64,000 nt of DNA from Caecitellus pseudoparvulus (Eukaryota; Protista; Bigyra: Bicosoecida): positions 558,001 through 622,000 of the forward strand of contig CBFFRQ010000069.1 of the NCBI GenBank assembly GCA_965644315.1, given 5' to 3'. Made by a program: the position numbers and the translations under genes. Position 1 is the stretch's first letter, and each line of letters opens with the position of its first letter. The notes under the pieces were generated by a model. That model was not told the origin of the DNA. It saw only the letters and a list, made by a program, of their open reading frames with translations, and did not search any database. Below, piece after piece: positions 10,295 to 35,400 of this stretch.

Positions 10295-10850
10295 ATGGCC
10301 AAGACCCCCAGGTGAGCTCCTGCGCGCACCGATGCTAGACTGCTGTTGGAGCAGATCGCGACGTCCTGCCGCTGCCCTCGCCACAGCAAGAAGAGTGGCA
10401 AGTCCACCAAGAAGACGGGCACGGCAGGCCGTCGCCGCAAGCGCGTGGAGACCTTCAGCAGCTACATCTACAAGGTGTTGAAGCAGGTGAGTGCGCCGTG
10501 GGCGGCGGGGGTGAAGCAGGGCGGCACGCTTGGCAGGGTGGAGTTTCAAACCGTCCCTCTGCCGTTGTGTGCGCAAGCAGCAGCGAGCCTCACAGCGCTC
10601 CCCGTAAACCTCGCAGGTGCACCCCGAGACTGGTATCTCAAAGAAGGCAATGTCCATCATGAACTCCTTCATCAACGACACGTTCGATCGCCTGGCCGAG
10701 GAGGCCATCCGCCTGGCACGGTACAACAAGAAGAGCACGCTGACAAGCCGAGAGATCCAGACCGCCACCCGCCTGCTGTTGCCCGGCGAGCTGGCGAAGC
10801 ACGCTGTGTCTGAGGGCACCAAGGCTGTGACCAAGTACACCAGCAACTAA
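10295..10850 (+). CDS. H2B: Histone H2B, 3 exons (10295-10311, 10387-10486, 10617-10850)
   Basis: Splicing at GT-AG sites gives MAKTPSKKSGK...[34 protein letters not shown]...[20 protein letters not shown]. Confidence 0.97.
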
Positions 10851-11025
10851 GGGCTGTGCGCTGCTGCTCGTGTGTGTGGACTGCGGGGCCTGAGCTGTGC
10901 AGGGTCGCTGCCGTTGGCGGCAGCGGGCCGTTGCGCAGTTGAGGAGCGCAGGTGCATTGCGTTGCAGGCGGTGACGCCGGCGCTGGCCTGTTCTGGTTGG
11001 TTGTGGAATGCATGCAGTCTGTTCT

Positions 11026-13996
11026 TCACCACGAGGCACTGGCGCCACCGGAGCCGGTGGTGCTGCCGCCAGCGGACGAGGAGCTGCTGCTTCCCCACGA
11101 CGCGCCGGACCCACCACTGCCAGTGGTGCTGCCACCCCACGTCCAAGACGCACCACGTGGGTCCCCCGAGTCACTCGCACTGTGGTGGCGCCGATCAGCG
11201 GCACGCGCGGCGCTCCAGGAGGAGGTGGGGTGGGGCGTGGGCTGGCTGGCGGCCCCTGCTTGGCGCCTGGAGGGGGGCGGCGCCTCCACGCCTGCGTCCC
11301 GCCACGCATCCGCGACACTGCCCACCCACGTCACGTCCCGCTGCTCCATCATCATCCCGTACAAGTCTTGGTTATGGGGTCGGGCGGCCCACTGCAGGGC
11401 CAGCGGCACCCCGCCCAGCCACATGCGTAGCTGCATCTCGCGCTCCATCCAATTGGCCAGCGTGTGTGTGGAGCCGGCGAGCTTACGCAGGCCCTTGGCA
11501 CTGCGCAGCAGGCGCCTGTGCTGCGTGATGGAAGTCGCCGAGGGAACGGGGGGCGCGGGGGCCACCAGCTGCGTCGTGTGGTACCGCGCAGTCTCATGCA
11601 GGGGCAGGCGCAGCAGGGTCTTGTGAATGGCGTCCCAGTCCGGGACATCAGCGTCGCTGGGCAGCGAGGAGGCGGCAGCAGGGGCCGGCGAGGGGGGTGC
11701 GGGGGGGGCCTTGGCGTCCTCACTGCCCTCCCTGCCCTTTGCTTCCCCTCTCGCTGCGGCCGTGGCAGAGGCCACGGCGCCGGTGACGGCAGAGGAGGCA
11801 GTGCCCCACTGCGAGTGCCAGTCCCCTGAAAACCACCGACTGATAGGCGCTGCGGGCCCACCACCCTGGCCCTGCTCTGGCGGCGCCGGCAGCGCCTTGG
11901 GGTCAACCGAGGGTGCGCCGGTGTCCTCTGGCACCGCCTCTGCCTCTGCCCGCTCCGCGTCCTTGCTCTCGTCTGGCCAGGTGACCAGGATGCCCACGCG
12001 GTCCCGCCCGGCAGACCCCTTGCGCACAGTAATGGGCAGGGGCAGCACGACATCGGCACCACACTGCCACGCGCGCTGCAGCGCTGCTGTGAGCAGGGCC
12101 GCCGCCTGCGTGCGCGCTGCGGCCTCCCGTGCTCGCAGCCGCATGCGGTAGTGTGCCACACGCAAGTCATGAGGCAGCATGGGCAGCGCTGCCGTTTCGT
12201 CTGGCAGGCTGTTGGCCACTGGCGCTGGTGGCTGCACTTGGGCGGCCTCCGTGCCACTGTACGGGCGGCTGCCAATCTGCGTGAAGCACGCGTAGACAGG
12301 GAAGGCCGCCCGGAGCTGGGCCATGGCCGAGATGAACAGGCTGGGCGTGAGGCCTGCCGATGCCAGGGCTGTCGGCTTGGGGGCTGTCACTGCCGTGGCG
12401 GGCAGCTCCTCGACATGGGACGCCAGGCGCTGGTCGACGCCGGCGAGAGCCAGGGGCACTTCGGGGATGCTCCAGTCACCCCCTGCCGCCTGGCGCACAG
12501 GTTTCATGCCCGTCAGCATGCGCACAGGCTGCGCTGCGTCCAGAGCCACGTCGTACGCGTCCAGGGGCCGGGTACCGGGCAGGCGCAGGCGCTGGCGGAA
12601 GGCGTCGAGAGCCGTGGACGCGTCAGGCTTCACCCCAGTGAGCAGCTGCAGGTCGTCACTATTGCCAAACACCTGCGTGTCAAAGGTGTGGGCGGCATCC
12701 AGCAGGTCCACCAGGGTCCGGCGCAGGGTGCGGGTGGAGTCCCCTGTCAGCTCCAGGACGCGGGCAGTCACGAGCTGGTTGGGCACCGCGCGCAGGTCGT
12801 CAGGGGGCGCCTCTGGCTCAGGCTCTGAGGAGTCCTTGCTGCCCCACTCCAAGTCGTACATGACGCGCAGCAGCGCCACTCCCAAGCCGATGAGGACGAA
12901 GAGGTTGCCCCAGACCTGCCAGAAGCCCGGCTCTGCGTGCCCGTGCTCTTGCCGGGAAGACTGCCAGGCGCGGTGGGGGTCTGCCATGCCACCGGGCAGC
13001 CGCAGCACTGAGGCATCACCAGACATCACCGCCTGCAGCTTGCGCTTCGCGAGGGGGGCCATGGAGGCCGGCACAATGTGCTTCGTCAGCGGCGTGTGCA
13101 GGTTCCGGGCTGAGCTGGCAGTGACCTTGTTCAAGGCTGCACACTCGCCTTCATCCAACGTCACAGTCACAGCTCGACCTCGATCCAGGGCCGCTGACAA
13201 GAACCGGTTGGTGAACCGCACCCCTGCCACCAGCGCCGTGCTGTACTTTCCCTGGCGAAAGTTCGGCACCTGTGGCAGGAGCATTGTGAACGGTGCAGGT
13301 GGGGGTGTGCAGCACCCCGAGCAGGGGCTAACGCACCATGACTTGCTGGAGCAGATCTCCCAGCCACTCCTTGGTCAGCAAGTGTGTCAACCCCAAGTCC
13401 TTGGTGCTGCCGCCGCCAACCTCGATTTCGCTGCGCGTGAAACGCCAGCGAAACACGGCATGGCACTTGTCCAACTCTGCACGCTGCGGACAGGGCGCAC
13501 ACACTCACCACCAGCGCCCCTCCGAAGAGAGCATGATCAGCAAACCGTCATGGAACAAGGGGGAGCCAATGCCCCATTTCTGGAAGATGCGCGTCGCATG
13601 TGCCTTGGGCGTGGTGGTGGTGCTGCCAGGCACTGTGACCACAACAGCCTGCACACCGTGCTGGCGCTGCATGAGCTCCAAGTCGTGCTGTAGCTCTTGC
13701 ACTATGGCGGGACTCAGAATTCCCTCTGCATCCAGGACGTTGCGCGGCGGAGTTGCTCGCAGGGGGCTGCTGTCCTCCAGCGGCCGGCTGGGCTGAGCAC
13801 TGGCTCCGCCGCTGTGGAAGCCTCCGGCACCCTGTGCGGCACAGGCCTTGGTGCAGCTGGTTCCCCGCCGGGGCACCCATACCGGTGGTGTGGGGAGTGG
13901 GGCACTTGCCAGCGATACGCCGATACTGGGCCTACACGTGTGTCTGCCGTGCGCGACACGAGACACGGCCACAGCCACGCGCCGGGACCAAGCCAT
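11026..13996 (-). CDS. TPM (TLP18.3/Psb32/MOLO-1) domain membrane protein with Gly/Ser-rich tail; 2 introns near 13.27-13.51 kb
   Basis: TPM-like core VLDAEGILS...QAVVVTVP...ATRIFQKWGIG...DGLLIMLS. GT-AG introns join it to EIEVGGG...VPNFRQGKY. It has a TM helix (VWGNLFVLIGLGVALL), a GGSTTGSGGASASW C-terminus and an Arg-rich transit-peptide-like N-terminus. Confidence 0.8.
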
Positions 13997-14184
13997 GGTG
14001 GCGCACGGTGGGCAGCCCCCAGAAGGGTGCACAGAGCACCTGTGCGTGAGAAAACTCAACCCTCAACAATCACATTTCCAGCAACTCTGCAGAAGTTGTT
14101 TTTTGCTCCCAGCGCGCCAGTGCTGTCCACCTGCCTGGTCGCGGCACAGCCGCAAGCACCGTGCCGTGCGCGCAGCACCACGCC

Positions 14185-15718
14185 ATGGCATCGTGCTGCT
14201 TCTGTTGCAGCTGCATCCTTTGCAAGCCATGCTGCCGAGTGGGCCTGGGCCGGGACGACCACAGTATGCCGAAATTCGCCCAGTTCGGCGCTGAAGCTGA
14301 GGCTTTGGAGGCGTCGGGGGTGTCTGGCAGTGAGTGGCGGCCCGCGTCGTACTGCGACATACCGTTTCGCGCCGCCTGCGTTCTGCCGCGTCTTGGCGCG
14401 AGCAGGCTGTGAATCCAGCGGAAAAGCATACCACTCTTCTTAAATCTTATGGGATCTTACTTTGGCAATGAGATAGCCCGCTGCGCCCCCTGCATCTCAA
14501 TGCCCCCCGTGTCCACGCGCAGGTGACCTGGCGCCACAGAGTGCCGATGGGGCTCCGACTGCAGCTGAGTTCGAGCGCATGGTGCGCTCTCCAAAGCTGC
14601 TGGCGAAGTGGGTGGCCATCACGTGGCTCACGTACAACGACTTTAGCGAGACTGCAGGGCAGGACTGGGGGCACCCGTACCTGCCCAAGGCCGCCGCGGC
14701 AGATGCTGTGGGAGACCTGGCTGAGCTGCGGACGTCCGTGGCAGGGCAGGTGCAGAGCATCACACGGGAGGCGGAGCTAGAGAGCTCTGCACGCAGCACC
14801 GACGCCGAGGTGCTGGTCATGTTCCACAGCAAGCTGAGGGTGGGCATCGTCTCCTTCCGGGGCAGCGACCACTACACCGACGCCGTCACCAACACGCGGT
14901 TCTTGCCGCGGCAGTACATTTCCGTGCCTGGCGTGGCGGCAGACAAGGTGGAGGGCGTCTTCGGCAAGGCGCACAGTGGCTTCGTGAAGCACCAGGAGTC
15001 CACCGAGGAGCTCCTGCGGCGCGCACTGGATGACAGTGCTTCCATCACGCCAGCAACGCCCCTCGTGTTCGTAGGGCACTCCCTGGGGGGCGCTGCGGCT
15101 TCCCTGGCTGCGCTGAAGTACAGCGTGCAGTTTCCGGATCGCCTGGTGGGGCTGGTGACGGTGGCTTGCCCACGCATCGGCGACCCCGTCATGGCGCGGT
15201 ACTTGGGCAACGCCAGCGGCATCCCGCAAACGCACTTCATCAACGAGCTGGACGCCGTGCCGTGTGTCCCGACCCCCGAGCTGGGCTTCCGCCACGCCCT
15301 GGGCAAGCACACGACGTGGATGTACTTCCGGACGGGGGACGCAGCGCCCACGGTGGTGCATGGCGACGTGGGGGAGCCATACGCCGGCGGCTGCTGCAAG
15401 GTGTGCGGGGCCTTCTCCCTGGCTGTGCTGGCCCCCTGCTGTGTCACGTGGCCTGTGCAGCACCACGGCGTGCACACGCACTACGCCCCCGCGACACACT
15501 CCAGCACCACCTCGGCGGTGTATTCTGGGCCCACCACCGCCGCGACATGGGCGCAGGTGCGGGACGAGGTGCTCGGCACCGACTCAGCAGGTGGAGAAAA
15601 GGCCCACGCAGGAACAAGTCCTCCTGCAAAAGCTGTAGTCAGCCCGGCTTCGGGTGCTGTCGTGGACAGCTCCGGCACATCGCCACACGCACCACCAGCC
15701 GGCGAGGGAAAAGAGTGA
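14185..15718 (+). CDS. Class 3 lipase (alpha/beta hydrolase); exons 14185-14329 and 14523-15718
   Basis: Motifs VSFRGS, AHSGF, VGHSLGGAAA, PRIGD and DAVP. A phase-1 GT-AG intron joins a Cys-rich first exon in frame. Confidence 0.88.
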
Positions 15719-15915
15719 AGCGCACCTCATACAATCTGCAAATTCAGATGGACAAGCTTATGTATAGTTGCAGGGCTCTTCCACTTTCAGGCGCAGCCCA
15801 CGCCCGCCGGCCTCCCTTCGACTAGACTGCCATTTTCAAGCGAGCAAAGCCTGCACCTGACCCGACATCGTGCGATCTCAGGAAGCTGTGCGAGCACAGC
15901 CCCCCTGCAGACGCC

Positions 15916-29908
<13,993 letters not shown>

Positions 29909-29967
29909 TGGTCTATTCGTTGTCCGTGCAGGCAAAGCAATAGAATGCATTGTGAGCTGCCTAAGCA

Positions 29968-32250
29968 TCACGCATGAAGGGGCACCTTCATGTGCTTTCT
30001 GTCCGTGGAGTGGTAGTGGATGGACGGGCCAGATCCCCAAGCAAAGAGCATGTCCGTGGTGGCGTCGCTGGAACTCGCGCGGTCTTGTAGCTGATTGTCC
30101 TGGGAGTCTCCTGTGTTCAGAGCGCGGCGCAAGGTCACTATGGTTAGCCCATTGTTGACTTCATGGTGCTGCACTGTGACGTCTTGCTGTGTGTCTGCCA
30201 GGGGCATGCTGTAGGAGGAGGAAGACCTGTCTTGAACGTCCCCTTCAGAGTTCGTGGTCCAGATGTCAGCACCAATCATGCTCGTGCCCAGGCCGATGCC
30301 TACCCACGCGTCGCTGGCTTGCAGGACCGCAGTGATTTCTAGATGTGTGTCGCCCGGCTCGATGGGGTTGAATCGCACATGCACCTTGGGGGACACTTGC
30401 ACTCTACGTGAGCCGTACTTAGCCAGCGGGTCTGAATCTGTGTCAACCGTTTCCCCAGGAGTCTCCGTTGCCTCACCAGCCGCAGATACTTTAAAGTACG
30501 CTGCTTGGTCAGGGACTCTCAGGGGTGCTTGGGGGCATGATTTGAAGTCGGTGTTGTCCACAATGACATCCCGCAGCCCACGTGACTGCACAAACGCTAG
30601 TTCCTCATCACTGAGGTAAGGCTTCCCACTGTTTCCGGGCTGCGGCCGCCGGTTTTCGTACCAGAATCGATCGCCGTCCCGAGTGTTCTCGAACTGGCGC
30701 TTGATGATGGCGGCGAATGTCGGCCCGACGAGGCCTCCTGGGACTGGCGGCTCCGCCAGACCGCCAACCCACAAGTCCACAGCATTCACATCCCCTCCAT
30801 AGGCTTGGCTGAGGGCCAGCTGCGTCTTCACATCACTGGTGATATCATCGAATCCAGTCACAAGCCCGAGCCCCATGTTTGACCTGGCTTGAGCGTATGT
30901 TGGGCAGCCGAGGTCACGGCAACGGGCGATGTCAATGGCTGCCAAGTCTTGGGCCAGCCCCAGCAAGTGGTTCCGGGCATCGTCCACCATGGCCAAGTCA
31001 ATGCCGTTCTCGGGCTGGCGCACCATCCCGCGGATGAGGTGCGCAATGTTGATGCTCTCCAAGTAAAACGTCTGCATGTACGTGTCCCGTAGCAGCAGTG
31101 GCTGCATCATGCACTGCGCCCCGCTTTCTTCGAAGCAGAGGAACTGGGAGTTGATCCCGCTATGGCCATATCGATATGCTGCCCCGACGAAAGATACGTC
31201 AGGAGCTGCGTTGACGTTCGGGTTGTACCCGGCATAGTTGGAGAGCGGCTCTCCGAGCAAGATTGGGGCGTACTCTGTGGCGGTGATGTGCTGCATCTGA
31301 GCAATTACGAGCTTCCTCGCCTCATTGTACAGGCGTTCGTCGTTCCAGGTGGGGTTGCTGGCGGCTAGGCTGCGGCAAAGCCTGTTGTGCTCCAGCACCC
31401 AGAGCCCATGCACACTCAGCAAGCCGGGGTTCTCGTTCACCCGCTCGTCGCCACCCAGGCGGAGCTCGCGGATATCAGCATGCCCTGCAGTCGCCATGTC
31501 CACTGCCGCAGTGTTTGCTGGTACGCCATTGACGGGATCTGCCTTCAGGCGCCCGCCAGCGAAAGTTCGGAGGTCTGCATCCCGGCCGACGAAGCGTCCG
31601 TACACAGTTGACGCGTCCAGGAAGCCAGTTGCATCGTTCAGCGGCACTCGAGGGGTAGTGATTCCAGTGGCAGGATCATAGGCGTTTCTAGAAACGTTGA
31701 GCGTCTTGTTGCCATGGCATAGGGTGTCGTGCAGCTCACATGCAGGTACAGGGAAGCTCATGACTTCGGCCGGAGTGTGAGCAAACGTCATCGCCAGGTC
31801 ATGAGCAATGAACTGCCCCCATGCCGCGGCAAGGCTGCTTACTTTGTGCGCGTTGTACACTGCAGGTTTCCTAGACAGCAAGACATTGCTGATGTCGCGA
31901 GGGTTCGGGCCTGGCCTGGGGCTCTGCAGCCCGTCCCCGTACCTGCGTTTCGCCGCGGTGTGACCTGTGACACCACCCGCTCTCGCTGCGTTGGCGCGCC
32001 TTGCTGCTCACGTTGCGCTCCTCCACACTGCAAAAGGTTTCCCTGTCTGGCCCCACGTGGGGTTCATCATGCTGTGCGGCAGGCAGGAGGTCAGGTGTGG
32101 AGTGCTGGGCAGAAACGCTGGCGCACGGTGCCTTGCAGGCGCAGGCACTGACTTGTTTCCGTAGCCATCTGCAGGAGGGTAGACAGCCCCACGTGCTGCA
32201 TATAGTGCTGATGCAGTGAGCAGCCCACGAAACGTCCAAGAACGACGCAT
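29968..32250 (-). CDS. Secreted animal-type heme peroxidase plus C-terminal DOMON (~710 aa); exons 32250-32153, 32071-32012, 31942-29968
   Basis: Signal-peptide-like N-terminus. Peroxidase motifs WGQFIAHD, FLDASTVYG, GDERVNEN, AAYRYGHS, DLWVGGLAE and RDGDRFWYE. DOMON motifs WVGIGLGTSMIGAD and FAWG...HYHS. No TM helix. Confidence 0.9.
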
Positions 32251-32419
32251 GTTTGCGCCTTTGACTGCCGCGAGGGCAGTGTTCGGAGGCCTTGCCTGAG
32301 AGTGCCTGTGCCTGCACTTCGGTGCGACCTAGCAGGTCCTCAACGAGAATGGTACCGACTAATTTAATGTTTTTGTCTTGTTAGTTTGAATTCTGAATTG
32401 GATGATTTGCACTCGCCCC

Positions 32420-35400
32420 TCACAATGTGGTGATGCGGGTGGAGGGCAAGCCGAGCTGCTTCAGCATCTTGGTCATGGTCCCTTTGAATGCATGGCTCCC
32501 ACAGACGACAATGGAGTGCAAATCCTGTGATGGCATTAAGGCCTGGAGGACTTTAGGGGTGACGCGGTGCGTGAAGTACCGAGGGGGCAGGCTTGTCCCA
32601 AGGCTGTTCACGCTGACCCGGAAGTGCAGCTCAATATTTTCACACTCGGACTCCATACGCTGCAGCCAGTCCGGTTCAATGATATCAGCTGTATCATGAA
32701 ACATGCTCAACAGGACCAGCTTGAGCGGCTTGGCCCGCTTGCGAGCGAGTTGCTCCTTTGCGATTTCATGCTGGTACGCGGCGGACGCGGTGTTCAAGAT
32801 CGTGGTTGTCTGTTCTCCTTCACTCGCAGCAGAGGATTGCAGTTCAACTGCGGTGCGCTGAACCTGCCCTGTTCGAACCACAGTGTGATGCGTGCCTGGT
32901 TGAGTGCTGGGGATGGACGGATCCCGTGGCGGAATGCCAGCCTTGATGAGAGCGGACTCCCCACCTTCGCTGGCGATTTGGGACTGCGTGGATGAGCCCT
33001 CGTGACTGTGCTCAGGAGACGCCACATGTCTAACAGGTGAAACGGCAGCGACGGCACCTGAGTGAAGGCCAATGGCGCTGTCTGGCTGGTGCTCGGATGG
33101 CTGGTCATGGGCGGAAGCAGGCGCGGGGCCGACTTTCTGGTCTGCGGCTGCAGCCGCTCGCCGCGCGGAGAGGGTTGACGCCATGGCTAGCGTAGGTTCT
33201 CCTGCTGACGCATGTGCAAGTGGTACTACCTTGGCAGTGCTTGTGCGGCGTCCTGTCTGCAGCAGACCGCTGTGGGGGTGGGGCTCCATGGTGCTGTCGG
33301 TCAGCTGCAGAGGGGGCTGGTCAGGCTTCTCTACAGGCCAGGCCTCCTTCTTTGCTTGCTCAGAGGTCTCAGTGCCATCTTCACTAGCAGCACTGAAAGT
33401 TCCAAGGTCACTTTCTGCGATCCCTGCCTGGATGATTTGCTCTCGGGGCATGCCGGCAGTTGCCTTGGCCACCCGACTGCGTGCAACGAGGTGGGTAATG
33501 AGATCGAAGAACGGCGCCATGCACGTGCCTTGTGCGATGCCAAAGATGACGCCGGATGCCTGGTTCTCGAGCATTCCCAGGCCATGTGGGCCCTCCATGA
33601 AGACTTTGTCCCCAGGCTCCAGGGCCGTCACTTTTGGGGACACAAGTCCAGAGCGGTATGCGCGAATGTACATGAGAATGTTTGCCTTGTCATCCTGCCG
33701 CACAATGCTGTAAGAACGTGCAGCGTTGTGCCAAGGGCTCACAGTTGTCGAGTCAGTGGTAGGCGTGATGCCTGCTGCCCGGAGGCACCAGGCCATGGGG
33801 CCACGCTCGAAAGGGCCAGGTGGTGGCAGCAGCACCATCATGTGCCTGCCCAGACTGGAGATGGACCACTGGTCTGCAGGCACTGCGTTTGCTCGAGGGG
33901 AGGCAAACTCCATGCGCCACACTGGGCTCCTGCCACTCGTGACTTTGCGCTTGCTGACGACATGCCACTTGTCTGGGCCGAGGTCAAGAGTGGGGCCGAT
34001 ATCCACCCAAGACCTGCTCGGGTCAGCATCATCACGCAGCAGCACCCCTACACAGAGCTTCTGAAGCAGCTTGAACGCCCGCGCACTGTGTCGGTGCGGT
34101 GGCACATGCTTGTCCGGAGGCTCGTGTCCGTAGAAAAGCGCTCCCACATCCGAGCCGATGACACGGTTCAAGAAGTAGGCACCCCCAGGGTGACTCTTCA
34201 TGAAAGTGCCGACATCGTACACGGCTCCATCAAGGATGATCCACTTGGCACCTTGTCGAAGCCGTTGTCGCACCTCAGTGACTGTCATAGCCGCAGAAGA
34301 TGTCTGCATGGCTGCGTATGCCTCCTTCTTCACGGTTGCCGCGTCAGTGGTGTAGATGACGTACTCATTGTGCAAGACTGCGATAAAGAACAGCGCGCAG
34401 ACGACGATGACAATGATGATGTAGGTGGTGGTAAGGTGTGGCAGCAGCATGGACACTCCAAGGAAGCACTGGGTGAGGCCGAGTGCCAGCAAAAACCAAC
34501 CAAACAGCTTGTGGGCGCTCTTCAGAGGCACGAAGTACTTCATGGGCGGCGTGGCTTTCTCCTTCATCCAGTGGCGAATAATGGCCCCTGACACGATTTG
34601 AAGGAGCATGGCCAAGGTCAGGGAAATGCCGACGTATGCATGGGCGCGTTGGGTCGCAGATCCCACCGTGATCAGGGCAGATCCAGCAGCGGGAAAGGTA
34701 ATTGTGGCAGCCAGCATGGATGCCCACCGATGGTAGGCGAGCCACATCGGGTTGGTCTTGGCAAAGCGCACCGTGAAGACTGCGGACGGAACAAGAATTC
34801 CCCACACCAAGAACATGCTGAGGCCATGATACCCGAATGCTTGCACGTATGCGGAGTTGTCACCCTCAATCGCGGCAAAACCTCCGTTGGTGCCCTCGTT
34901 GCCAGCCTCGGGTGCTGTCCACAGGTCGATGTTGCCCATGAGGTAGTCAGTCCCATGAAACCCGTATGTGTCGCTGTTCTTGCTCCACGCCAGCATCATG
35001 GGGATGGACGTGTCTCCTCGCTCCAAGGCTTTGTCTTCTGAGTCCCCAGTCTCGAGGTCTCGCTGCCACGTGATCATGGTCTGTCCATCCACTTCACTGG
35101 CCTCTACGAGCTGCACGTCTTGGCTCCCGTCTGCGCTGGGCAGCATGTACCCGGAGCTCTTTGCATCCACTGCTTCTCCTTGCCCTCCCTGGTATCGCAT
35201 CATAATGACGTCGCCGTCAGCCATCCCGCTGCCGATGCCCCACGCAAACCACCCCGTGCCATCAAACTTCATGGACATGGTGATGCTGGATTCCTCTTCC
35301 GTGGGAGGCGTCCATCGCATTTCTATCGGCCCAGCAGTGACAACACGCTCAGTTGAAGCACCGGCTTCCGTCCCATTGCCTGCGTTTTCAGTGTTGTTGG

